Positions 1 to 7,909 of a stretch of DNA of 19,856 nt are shown here, one piece after another. Numbering within the stretch: the first letter of the stretch is position 1; each line of letters begins with the position of its first letter. Made by a program: the position numbers and the translations under genes. Below the pieces are notes generated by a model that was not told where the DNA came from, did not search any database, and saw only the letters and a program-made list of their open reading frames with translations. The DNA comes from an uncultured Verrucomicrobiales bacterium (lineage in GTDB: Bacteria; Verrucomicrobiota; Verrucomicrobiia; Verrucomicrobiales; DEV007). The DNA lies in contig CALKOM010000016.1 in assembly GCA_938091905.1 (NCBI GenBank), forward strand, positions 1 through 19,856, given 5' to 3'.

Positions 1-345
1 GTGCGATGGTCCATTCCCTTGCGGCCTCGATTAGAAAAGCCACACTGCTTCAAAGCGTAAGTAAGGGGCGCAACTTGGCCCACGTAGCCGAATTAATAAG
101 ATATTTGTCAGTCATAGAAGTGGATCTGCAAGCGCTATATATCACCATCGTGAACTGACAGTCAATGAGTTAGTGCTCTAAGCGAATTAATGGATTAGCC
201 CTAGCGATATAGACAGCTGAAGCATCCGCGTTCGAGTGAGTCAACGCACGGCAAAAGGCGGAGAAAGATCTTTGAGGAGTCAACCCGAGACGATTGGGAG
301 ACATGCTTCTCTACTAGAACACAATCGCGTTCGAGAAACGGCCGC

Positions 346-389
346 TCCAGGCATCATCCTGGACAAGCGTTCCCCACTTCTGATACTTT
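346..389 (+). promoter_or_regulatory. Candidate sigma70-type promoter of the DUF1501 gene with an overlapping palindrome
   Basis: TGGACA (360-365, -35-like), an 18-nt spacer, and extended -10 TG-A-TACTTT (381-389) lie about 10 nt before ATG 400. The inverted repeat TCCAGG-catcat-CCTGGA (346-363) overlaps the -35. There is no obvious SD, consistent with a very short leader. Confidence 0.3.
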
Positions 390-399
390 TGCACCCGCT

Positions 400-1845
400 A
401 TGAAGCATCGTTCCGTTCAAGACTCTCGGATGACTCGGCGTTCGCTCTTACAGGCGGGCACAATCAGTCTGTTAGGCTTGAGCATAGATCAATTGGCGGC
501 CCTCCAATCGGAGAATTCAGGGGGAGAAAGAAAGAAGACCGCGAAATCGGTCATCTACATCTTCCTCTCCGGTGGCCTTTCACAAATCGATAGCTTCGAC
601 ATGAAACCCGAAGCGCCTGAAGAGATCCGAGGTGAATTCCAGAGCATCGCCACCAAGACACCGGGACTGCGCATCTGTGAACATCTCCCCAATCTAGCGA
701 AGTGCAGCGATCAGTGGGCCCTTTGTCGTTCCATCTCCCACAGTTCCAATGAGCACTCACAAGGTCACCACATGATGCTTACCGGAAGGAGTGACCTTCC
801 TATCGGGTTCGATCCCAACAAGCCCAAAGAGAGTGACTGGCCTTCCATCGCAACCCTCGCAGCGCATCAGCTCGCCCCCAAGGGCAACTTGCCCGCCTCA
901 ATGGTCTTGCCAGAGAAACTCATTCATCGGACCGGTCGAGTGATCCCGGGGCAGTTTGCCGGCATGTTAGGGAAACGGCATGAGCCGTTCTATGTGGAAA
1001 CCTCTAAATACAATGCGGCGACCTACGGCGCGTTTCCAGACTATCTGTTTCACCATGCCGATGGCAAAGCGGACGGAAGCAAGAAGCAGTTCCTCGCCCC
1101 CAACTTCACCCTTCCGCAAGGAGTGGGATTGAACCGCCTTGAGCATCGCCTAGCGCTCATGGATCAACTGAACGCTCAGACTGCACACCTCGAAGAAACG
1201 GCCCAAGCGCGTTCCATGAATCGGTTCCAAGATCTGGCCGTGAAACTGCTCAGTGATTCGAAGACGAAGCAGGCCTTCGAAGTACACAATGCCGATCCGA
1301 AACTCCTAGACCGCTATGGGCGCAATCTCTTTGGCTGGTCGCTCCTCCTCGCTCGCCAACTTGTCGAGAACGGGGTCAATCTGGTACAGGTGAACCTTGG
1401 AAACAATGAGGCTTGGGACACCCATCAGGCTGCGTTCCCCAACCTCAAGAATTTCCTCTTTCCGCCGATGGACCAAGCGGTCGCCGCTCTCATTGGTGAT
1501 CTTAAAAACCGCGGAATGTTAGAGGACACCCTGGTCGTCATGGCAAGTGAGTTTGGGCGCACTCCCAGAATCTTCAAGATCCCGAAAGCCCCATTGCCTG
1601 GGCGCGATCACTGGGGCTCCGTGCAAACCGCCCTCTTCGCGGGCGGTGGTATTCAGGGCGGCGCCATCGTCGGTGAAACGGACAAACTCGGGGGTCACCC
1701 CATCGCCGACCCCCACACACCCGAAGACTTCGCGGCAACGATTTATCAAGCTCTCGGCATTCCACAAGAAGCCGTCTGGCACGATCTCAGCGGCCGCCCC
1801 CACTTCATCTACCACGGACAACCCATTGATGGACTGTTCGGTTAG
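400..1845 (+). CDS. DUF1501 domain-containing protein with Tat-like signal (PVC-typical)
   Basis: 481-aa ORF with an N-terminal TRRSLLQAG twin-arginine-like motif. Family motifs: KSVIYIFLSGGLSQIDSFDMKPEAPEEIRGEF, RYGRNLFGWSLLLARQLVENGV, WDTH, DLKNRGMLEDTLVVMASEFGRTP, GRDHW, GGGIQGG..VGETD, ATIYQALGI. The start could be the second Met (430). Confidence 0.92.
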   Translation: MKHRSVQDSRMTRRSLLQAGTISLLGLSIDQLAALQSENSGGERKKTAKSVIYIFLSGGLSQIDSFDMKPEAPEEIRGEFQSIATKTPGLRICEHLPNLAKCSDQWALCRSISHSSNEHSQGHHMMLTGRSDLPIGFDPNKPKESDWPSIATLAAHQLAPKGNLPASMVLPEKLIHRTGRVIPGQFAGMLGKRHEPFYVETSKYNAATYGAFPDYLFHHADGKADGSKKQFLAPNFTLPQGVGLNRLEHRLALMDQLNAQTAHLEETAQARSMNRFQDLAVKLLSDSKTKQAFEVHNADPKLLDRYGRNLFGWSLLLARQLVENGVNLVQVNLGNNEAWDTHQAAFPNLKNFLFPPMDQAVAALIGDLKNRGMLEDTLVVMASEFGRTPRIFKIPKAPLPGRDHWGSVQTALFAGGGIQGGAIVGETDKLGGHPIADPHTPEDFAATIYQALGIPQEAVWHDLSGRPHFIYHGQPIDGLFG

Positions 1846-1876
1846 ACTCGCAACAAGTTCGTTGTCATTGCGTGCG

Positions 1877-1901
1877 AAGACTGATTTGCGATCAGTCTTT
1901 T
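1877..1901 (+). terminator. Putative intrinsic terminator after the DUF1501 gene
   Basis: Perfect inverted repeat AAGACTGAT (1877-1885), loop TTGCG, ATCAGTCTT (1891-1899), running into TTTT (1898-1901), 31 nt after the stop codon. The U-tract is short and the stem is AT-rich. Confidence 0.5.
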
Positions 1902-1954
1902 CAAAAATGCCAGAAGTCGTTAATCTCTGGATCTCCAATCGACCGATCAAACGC

Positions 1955-2527
1955 ATGAAATCCTCTCTTCTGCCTATCCTCCTCCTTTCCTGTCTAACAG
2001 CCGTCTGGGCCGAAACCAAGAAACTGAGGGAGAAATCCAGCCCTTACGGTGGCAAACCACACGCCATTCCGGGAACCATCGAAGCGGAGCACTATGATGA
2101 AGGCCCCGCCGAAATTGCCTACCATGATGTTGAGGCAGAGAACCTGGGCGCTGACTATCGCAAGAACACGCAAGTGGATATCGAGAAGCGAGACGACGCT
2201 TCCAATGGGCACGGCATCGGGTGGACAAGGAAAGGCGAGTGGTTGCACTACACAGTCAAGGTCGCCAAGGATGGCGTATACAACATCGATATGCCCGTCG
2301 CTTCGAATAAGCAGGGCGGTTCCTTTCATTTAGAGATCGAAGGAAAGGACCTCACCGGCCCCATTCGAATTCCGAACACCGGCAGTTGGACCACTCTCAA
2401 AACGATTACTCACAAAGGTGTCAAATTAAAGAAGGGCGTCCACACCATACGTGCTGTCATGGACGAGGTCGGCCCATCAAATAGCATCGGGGATATTGAC
2501 TACTTCAAGTTCACGACCGTGGAATAG
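1955..2527 (+). CDS. Secreted stand-alone carbohydrate-binding protein (CBM6-like beta-sandwich)
   Basis: The likely start is ATG 1955 (MKSSLLPILLLSCLTAVWA-E, a Sec signal peptide), not 1547, which overlaps the DUF1501 gene. The 190-aa product has CBM6-type motifs PYGG.PHAIPGTIEAEHYDEG, AYHD, VDIE, IGWTRKGEWLHYTV.V...G.Y, VAS...GG.F, IPNTGSW, L.KGVHTIR and IDYFKF. No catalytic domain is present. Confidence 0.85.
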   Translation: MKSSLLPILLLSCLTAVWAETKKLREKSSPYGGKPHAIPGTIEAEHYDEGPAEIAYHDVEAENLGADYRKNTQVDIEKRDDASNGHGIGWTRKGEWLHYTVKVAKDGVYNIDMPVASNKQGGSFHLEIEGKDLTGPIRIPNTGSWTTLKTITHKGVKLKKGVHTIRAVMDEVGPSNSIGDIDYFKFTTVE

Positions 2528-2535
2528 GGACAACC

Positions 2536-5500
2536 ATGCGCCTTACGACTCTGTTCCAGTACTTCGCTGGATTTTATCCTATCATCGTTCCGTTGACGAT
2601 GTTGGTAGCCATTGGGTGTTTGCTATTAGCGGCCCCTGATGATGAAGCTTCAGAGCCGGAACGCATTGAGGTCTTGTTTCTGGGCAGTGAGAATCGGTCC
2701 AATCATGATCCACCGACTCGGTTTCGGGTCCTTCGCAAGGCGCTCGGGCCAAAAGCGATCAATATCACGTATGCTCATACGGTGGATGCCTTGACGGCGG
2801 AGAACTTGGCTCAGTTCGATGTCCTGCTCATCTTTGCCAATCTCTACACGATCGACAAAGAGACTCAGGGGAAAGCCCTGCTCGATTTCGCCCGGAACGG
2901 CGGCGGGTGCGTGTTGTTACACTGTGCGGCAGGTTGCTTTCGGGACTCGCAATTCGATGGGTATGTGGACCTGCTGGGGGCTCAGTTCAAGTCGCACACG
3001 ACCGGGGTATTTCGGGCGCAAATCGTGAATGAAGAGCATCCGGTGATGAAAGGATGGCCGGGATTTGAATGTTGGGACGAGACTTACGAGCACAAGCGCC
3101 ATGGCAAGGATCGTCTAATTCTACAAAAGCGTGATGAGGAGCCGTGGACCTGGGTCAAGACCTACGGGAAAGGCCGAGTGTTTTACACGGCGAGTGGGCA
3201 CGATCACCGTTGTTGGAACCTGACAGAGTATCAAGATTTGGTGCATCGCGCCATTCGGTGGACGGCTCACGATGACTCGACGCGATGGTTGGCTCCCGAA
3301 GATCTGCCCGAGCTGCGTTACCGGCTCGCCGCCGCGCCGAAGGATCCGGAGAATCCTGTGGGGCCACTCAATCAGATTCAACAGCCGCTGTCGCCTAACG
3401 AATCACTCAAACTGGCACAAGTGCCGCCGGGATTCGAGATCCGGCTGTTTGCAGCGGAACCGATGGTGGTGAATCCGATCGCGATCAATTGGGACGATCG
3501 AGGGCGGCTTTGGGTCGTTGAAGCCTTTGATTATCCCCATAAGATTGGCACCGAACAGCCGCAGGACAGAATCAAGATCCTCGAGGACACGGATGGGGAT
3601 GGTCGAGCGGATAAGGTGAAGGTGTTTGCCGAAGGCTTGAACATCGCCACGACGGTTCTGCCAGTCGAGGGTGGAGCGATCGCTACCGATGGCGATTCGA
3701 TGGTCTTGCTGCGGGATACCAATGGCGATGATCGGGCCGATTCCAGAGAGGTGCTTTGGTCCGGGATCGGTCTTCGTGATACTCACGCCTGTGTGTCAAA
3801 TCTTCGGCATGGATTCGATGGATGGGTTTATGCTAGTGTGGGCTACAGTGGCTTGGATGTGACCGTTGCCGGGAAGCGGCATCAATCGAGTCAGGGCGTG
3901 TTCCGATTTCTGCCGGATGGCTCAGCCTTTGAAGTCTTACAGAATACCAGTAACAATACCTGGGGCCTTGGCTTCACGGAGCAAGGCGATCTCGTCGGTT
4001 CCACGGCGAACGGAAACCCAAGTTGGTATCACAGCATTCCCAATCGCTACTTTGAAATGGTGGGCAGGAAAGGTCAGCAAGTGGCGAGAGCGGATCGGAA
4101 AGAGAAACTTGCACCGATCACCAGCGACTATTTCCAGAACAACCCCAAAGAGGAACACTCCTCTGGGGCTGGCCATGCGGTTTACACCAGTCGGCGATTT
4201 CCCCAATATTGGTGGAATCAGCGTGTGTTGATTTGTGAGACTCCCATGCACCTGGTCGCTGCACCGAGGATCGAACGGCGCGGCGATCGTTTCATCACGA
4301 CAGGATTTGAGCACAACCTCTATGCCTCAGCCGATGCATGGTCCGCACCAGTGGCCGCGGAAGTGGGGCCAGATGGCGCGGTGTGGATGGCGGATTGGTA
4401 CAATCCGATTTGCAATCACAATCCCTATCGCGGTCACTTTGAGAAGGGCCCCGGCAATGCGCTCAAGTCGGATGATCGCGACCGGGAACACGGCCGCATC
4501 TATCGGCTCTACCCGATAGGCACCAAAGACGATGCCTATCCCGATATCGACAATGAGGAAGGCGCCGTAAAGGCCTTGTCGCATGACAACCTCTTCTGGC
4601 GTTTGGCTGGTCAACGCCGACTGGCTTATCTATTGGATGAAGAAGCGATCTTGAAGCGCCGAGGCGCCACGTCAGACTTGCGTGCCCGGTTTCATCTCAC
4701 TCTGGCGGCAAGCAATCAGAAACTGGACGCGGTGCAAGTGGCTGCCATCACTCGTCGTCCCGACGGAGAGCGGTCGCGGATCGAACGTTTGCTCGAATTG
4801 GATTGGGATCTGCTCGATCGCAAAGCAGCAGCCCTGTCATTGGTCGAAATGAAGCCCGACCCCACGCTTGGAGAAACCTTGTTAGCGCTGATTGATAGTG
4901 AACCTGGGTTGGAAGGCCACAAACACCTGGCCGATGCGATTCGATTGGCGGTACTGCGTCATCCAGAGGGATTCCTGCGGGTGTTGCTGGAGAACAAGCG
5001 TGAGGCCAAGCGTCCTTATCTTCGTGAGATTGTGAAACACGCGCTAGAGAGAGTGGGCCGAGATTCAATAGTGCTTTCGGAAGGATTGCGCGCTTTGGCC
5101 AAGAGCACGGATTCAGAACTTGGTCGTCAATTGGTAACGGCGGCCGCAGAGGAAGTTTCCATAGAGACTATCAAAAGCCTTTCAGAAAACGTAACGCGAG
5201 GCCGAGAAGTCTACATTTCCTGTGTCGCCTGCCATCAACCCGACGGCAAGGGGCTGGCCGGTGTATTTCCGCCATTGGCGGGATCGCAGCGTTTGCTTGG
5301 TACGCCGGATCTACCGATCAAGATCGTATTGAAAGGACTGCAAGGTCCGCTCACGGCTGGCGTTCGGGACTATGATAGCGTCATGCCGGGCCACGAGAGG
5401 CTCCTCACCGATCAAGAGATCGCAGACGTGCTCAGCTATGTTCGGTCCGCATGGGAGAACGGAGGCCGTGACATATCGACTGAACAAGTACGGGTTGTCA

Positions 5501-5559
5501 GGGAGAGGTTCGCAACACGTCAGGGACCTTGGACAATATCGGAGTTGGAGAAGCCCTAA
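2536..5559 (+). CDS. PVC-type heme-binding CxxCH protein: ThuA-like domain + dehydrogenase-like beta-propeller (DUF7133/TIGR02604-like) + short HEAT-like region + cytochrome c
   Basis: 1007 aa with a hydrophobic N-terminus. ThuA motifs: LHCA, WDETY, WVKTYGKGRVFYTASGHD. Propeller motifs: PLSPNESLK..QVPPGFEIRLFAAEPMVVNPIAINWDDRGRLWVVE, DRIKILEDTDGDGRADK, NNTWGLGF, GPDGAVWMADWYN, DREHGRIYRL. Heme motif CVACH at 5221-5235, then FPPLAGS, distal Met in VMPG (5383) and IADVLSYVRSAWEN. GGGA SD-like sequence lies upstream. Confidence 0.9.
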   Translation: MRLTTLFQYFAGFYPIIVPLTMLVAIGCLLLAAPDDEASEPERIEVLFLGSENRSNHDPPTRFRVLRKALGPKAINITYAHTVDALTAENLAQFDVLLIFANLYTIDKETQGKALLDFARNGGGCVLLHCAAGCFRDSQFDGYVDLLGAQFKSHTTGVFRAQIVNEEHPVMKGWPGFECWDETYEHKRHGKDRLILQKRDEEPWTWVKTYGKGRVFYTASGHDHRCWNLTEYQDLVHRAIRWTAHDDSTRWLAPEDLPELRYRLAAAPKDPENPVGPLNQIQQPLSPNESLKLAQVPPGFEIRLFAAEPMVVNPIAINWDDRGRLWVVEAFDYPHKIGTEQPQDRIKILEDTDGDGRADKVKVFAEGLNIATTVLPVEGGAIATDGDSMVLLRDTNGDDRADSREVLWSGIGLRDTHACVSNLRHGFDGWVYASVGYSGLDVTVAGKRHQSSQGVFRFLPDGSAFEVLQNTSNNTWGLGFTEQGDLVGSTANGNPSWYHSIPNRYFEMVGRKGQQVARADRKEKLAPITSDYFQNNPKEEHSSGAGHAVYTSRRFPQYWWNQRVLICETPMHLVAAPRIERRGDRFITTGFEHNLYASADAWSAPVAAEVGPDGAVWMADWYNPICNHNPYRGHFEKGPGNALKSDDRDREHGRIYRLYPIGTKDDAYPDIDNEEGAVKALSHDNLFWRLAGQRRLAYLLDEEAILKRRGATSDLRARFHLTLAASNQKLDAVQVAAITRRPDGERSRIERLLELDWDLLDRKAAALSLVEMKPDPTLGETLLALIDSEPGLEGHKHLADAIRLAVLRHPEGFLRVLLENKREAKRPYLREIVKHALERVGRDSIVLSEGLRALAKSTDSELGRQLVTAAAEEVSIETIKSLSENVTRGREVYISCVACHQPDGKGLAGVFPPLAGSQRLLGTPDLPIKIVLKGLQGPLTAGVRDYDSVMPGHERLLTDQEIADVLSYVRSAWENGGRDISTEQVRVVRERFATRQGPWTISELEKP

Positions 5560-5573
5560 TAATTCACTCGATC

Positions 5574-6023
5574 ATGAAACCAATAGCAGAGATTCCTGGA
5601 CCCTTACAACAGTACATGAATGGCTTGGCGACCCATGACCTAGAAAAGATTGGCGGTAGCTTTGCCGATGGAGTGCAGTTTGTGACACCGGTCCGAACGA
5701 TGGGGCACGAGGCCATTCTTGCCTTTCTTGAGGCACTCTACCGAGGATTTCCCGATTGGTCTTATGACAATGATCTGCCGGTGTTGACCGAGGATGGGGC
5801 GATCGGTGTGCTGTGGCGACAGGGCGGAACCCACACAGAAACCCTCGCCTTCCCCGGCTTCGACGCGGTACCTGCAACCGGTAAATCGGTTACCATTCCC
5901 GAGCATTACTTCTTCTACCGTGTGGACGAACGCGGTCTCTCGGAGATCCGTCCGGATCCAGTGCCTGGAGGTGCGCCACGAGGCATTTTTGAGCAAATCG
6001 GTGTCAAGTTACCACCTTTGTAA
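5574..6023 (+). CDS. SnoaL-like / NTF2-fold protein (ester cyclase family)
   Basis: ATG 5574 lies 14 nt after the previous stop. 149 aa with the pattern YMNGLATHDLEKIGGSFADGVQF, G.EAILAFLEALYRGFPDW, WRQGGTHT and VPATGKSVTIP, typical of SnoaL-like cyclases. Confidence 0.8.
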   Translation: MKPIAEIPGPLQQYMNGLATHDLEKIGGSFADGVQFVTPVRTMGHEAILAFLEALYRGFPDWSYDNDLPVLTEDGAIGVLWRQGGTHTETLAFPGFDAVPATGKSVTIPEHYFFYRVDERGLSEIRPDPVPGGAPRGIFEQIGVKLPPL

Positions 6024-6030
6024 AACGACC

Positions 6031-6333
6031 ATGCCGTACGCAATCATCACCAAAGACAAGCCCGGTAGCGCTTCTTTACGCGAGGCTCACCAGTCCGCGC
6101 ACAAGAAGTATCTCGACGAGAACAAACACTTGCTACTCGCCGCTGGCGCCATGTTAGACGACGCTGGCACAGCTGCCCATGGTGGCGTCCTGTTAGTCGA
6201 TGTGGAATCATACGAAGAAGCCGAAGCCTTCGTCCACAACGACCCTTTCTGGGAAGCCGCCCTCTTCGAGAACGTCACCATCACGCGTTGGCGCAAAGCG
6301 TTCTTCAACTCCGAACGATTGGTGGACCTGTGA
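6031..6333 (+). CDS. YciI family protein
   Basis: ATG 6031 lies 7 nt after the previous stop. 100 aa with the YciI pattern DKPGSASLR...AHKKYL, LLAAGAMLDD.G...GGVLLVDVESYEEAEAFVHNDPF..A.LF..VTITRW. Confidence 0.88.
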   Translation: MPYAIITKDKPGSASLREAHQSAHKKYLDENKHLLLAAGAMLDDAGTAAHGGVLLVDVESYEEAEAFVHNDPFWEAALFENVTITRWRKAFFNSERLVDL

Positions 6334-6348
6334 CTCCTCGTGTCTTCG

Positions 6349-6403
6349 GGTGACGATACAACCAATCGAGCGTTTTGTAGTCGCCACCTCCACATGAGGT
6401 AGT
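6349..6403 (+). promoter_or_regulatory. Two tandem hairpins in the leader of the TMEM43-TerB gene, the second pairing with the SD
   Basis: Hairpin 1: GGTGAC(GA bulge)TACAA 6349-6361 pairs with TTGTA-GTCGCC 6375-6385. Hairpin 2: ACCTC 6386-6390 pairs with the SD GAGGT 6396-6400, which lies 5 nt before ATG 6406. Confidence 0.35.
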
Positions 6404-6405
6404 AG

Positions 6406-7872
6406 ATGTATAGGATGGCAAACCGAAAAAAGAACCGATGGGCAGGGATTGTCTTTGGGCCAGTGCTCGTATTCGCCGCGCTCAGCGCGATTTGGAAGAA
6501 CGAGACGAGATTTGATTATCATCGCGCAGCGGCGAAGACCCAGGAGTTCGTCGCACTTGGTGAAGCGTTATCGGGTGATCTGATGTCGTTCACAGGAGAC
6601 ATGAATCGTGAACTGACCATGTCTGGAGAATACGTCGATTCCTTCACGGGCTATTTGTCGGTCAAAAGGCATGCTGAGATCTATGCCTGGGACAAGGACG
6701 AAAGCGATGACAGCGTGACGTGGAAGAAGAAATGGATGAGCAGCCTCGAAAGCAATTCCCGAAACAACAGTCTAACACAAGAACTCGAGTCAAGAAGCTT
6801 CCTGCCTCCTGATTACGAAGTGGGAGAGCTCAAAGTCACCTCCGATAAGATCGAATTCGTCGACAGCAATGAAACCATTGCTGCGGGGAGTTTGACGCTC
6901 AAACGCTCTAACCTTGAGATCGAGGGCAGTGAGCACCTTTATCTTCGCAAGAACCGGAACGACGAGTTGGGCGATGAACGTGTTAGCTATTCCGGTGTGC
7001 CGGTTCCTGAAACGGCCACCTACTTCGGAAAATTTGAATCCCAACTAGGGGTCCCCGATACCACTCATCAAAGGACTGGCATGATCAACCAAATGATTCA
7101 GGATTCGGGTATCTTGCATCATATCGTGGCGGGAGATCGCGAAGCCGCCCTAACCACCATGAAAGCGCACATTGGACGACTCAAATGGATCGTGCGTGGC
7201 ATTGGAACTGCCTGTGTGGTCTTAGGGTTTTCAATCTTATTTGGCACGGTGATCGGAGTGCTCTTTCATATTCCATTCGTGGGGCGGATCGCCGAGGCAG
7301 GCACCTTTCTCCTGGCACTGGCCTTCGGGCTTCCATTGGCCTTCATCACAATGATTGCGGCCTATTTGATTGCGAATCCGATCGTCCTAGCAATCATCGT
7401 GCTGGCCGTAGTCGCCGTCTTCTTCAAGTTGCGTCAGCGAGGGAGATCATCGCAAGCGGCAATGAAGAACCAGCTGGATAAGGACTATGGACGCGTTCTC
7501 AAAGATTCTGATCTACAGGAACTCGAGTTCATTCAATTGGCCCAATTAGCGTCATCCGAGTCGGGGATTTCAGAAGACGAAGAGAAATTCTTGCGCCAGT
7601 GGGCCCGGAAGCATAGATGGCCCGATCCCAAGCTCGAACAGTTATTAGCCAAAGCACAAGCGCAAAGTGAAAGCGCCAACAGCGACACCATCTCTCAGAC
7701 CGGCGAAGAGCACTTGCTTACCCTTGTTCGCTTGGCACTGGCCGATGGAAGCATGTCTCAGTACGAAATGAAATCCATTCGAAGGGCGGCCAAGAAGAGC
7801 GGTTTCGACGATTCCAAGATACGGGATCTGATACAACAAGCCCTGAAACCTCCACCGCTACTAGCCGCATAG
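6406..7872 (+). CDS. TMEM43 (LUMA/DUF1625) family membrane protein with C-terminal TerB-like domain
   Basis: 488 aa. TMEM43 hallmarks: N-terminal TM followed by WKNE, KRHAEIYAW, WKKKW, GDERVSY, WIVRGIG, IPFVG and AYLIANP, plus about 3 C-terminal TM segments. Residues ~370-482 show two TerB-type helical half-repeats (LAQLASSESGISEDEEKFL and LVRLALADGSMSQYEMKSI). SD GAGGT at 6396-6400. Alternative start at 6415. Confidence 0.8.
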   Translation: MYRMANRKKNRWAGIVFGPVLVFAALSAIWKNETRFDYHRAAAKTQEFVALGEALSGDLMSFTGDMNRELTMSGEYVDSFTGYLSVKRHAEIYAWDKDESDDSVTWKKKWMSSLESNSRNNSLTQELESRSFLPPDYEVGELKVTSDKIEFVDSNETIAAGSLTLKRSNLEIEGSEHLYLRKNRNDELGDERVSYSGVPVPETATYFGKFESQLGVPDTTHQRTGMINQMIQDSGILHHIVAGDREAALTTMKAHIGRLKWIVRGIGTACVVLGFSILFGTVIGVLFHIPFVGRIAEAGTFLLALAFGLPLAFITMIAAYLIANPIVLAIIVLAVVAVFFKLRQRGRSSQAAMKNQLDKDYGRVLKDSDLQELEFIQLAQLASSESGISEDEEKFLRQWARKHRWPDPKLEQLLAKAQAQSESANSDTISQTGEEHLLTLVRLALADGSMSQYEMKSIRRAAKKSGFDDSKIRDLIQQALKPPPLLAA

Positions 7873-7909
7873 AGTCTATCATGGATCGCAAAGCACTGTT
7901 CATTCTAAC

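Noticed and set aside
1547..1954. N-terminal extension of the 326-aa ORF overlapping the DUF1501 gene
   Set aside because: It is an alternate-frame read-through of a conserved gene and crosses a terminator-like hairpin. The signal peptide begins at ATG 1955.
3580..3745. Repeated DTDGDGRAD / DTNGDDRAD sequence suggesting a DNA repeat
   Set aside because: These are normal blade-level Asp-rich motifs of the PVC propeller family, not an independent repeat element.
5794..6030. N-terminal extension of the YciI ORF (similar extensions at 5529-5573 and 10659-10739)
   Set aside because: These overlap upstream genes or precede the clear family or signal-peptide start, and internal ATGs give canonical lengths.
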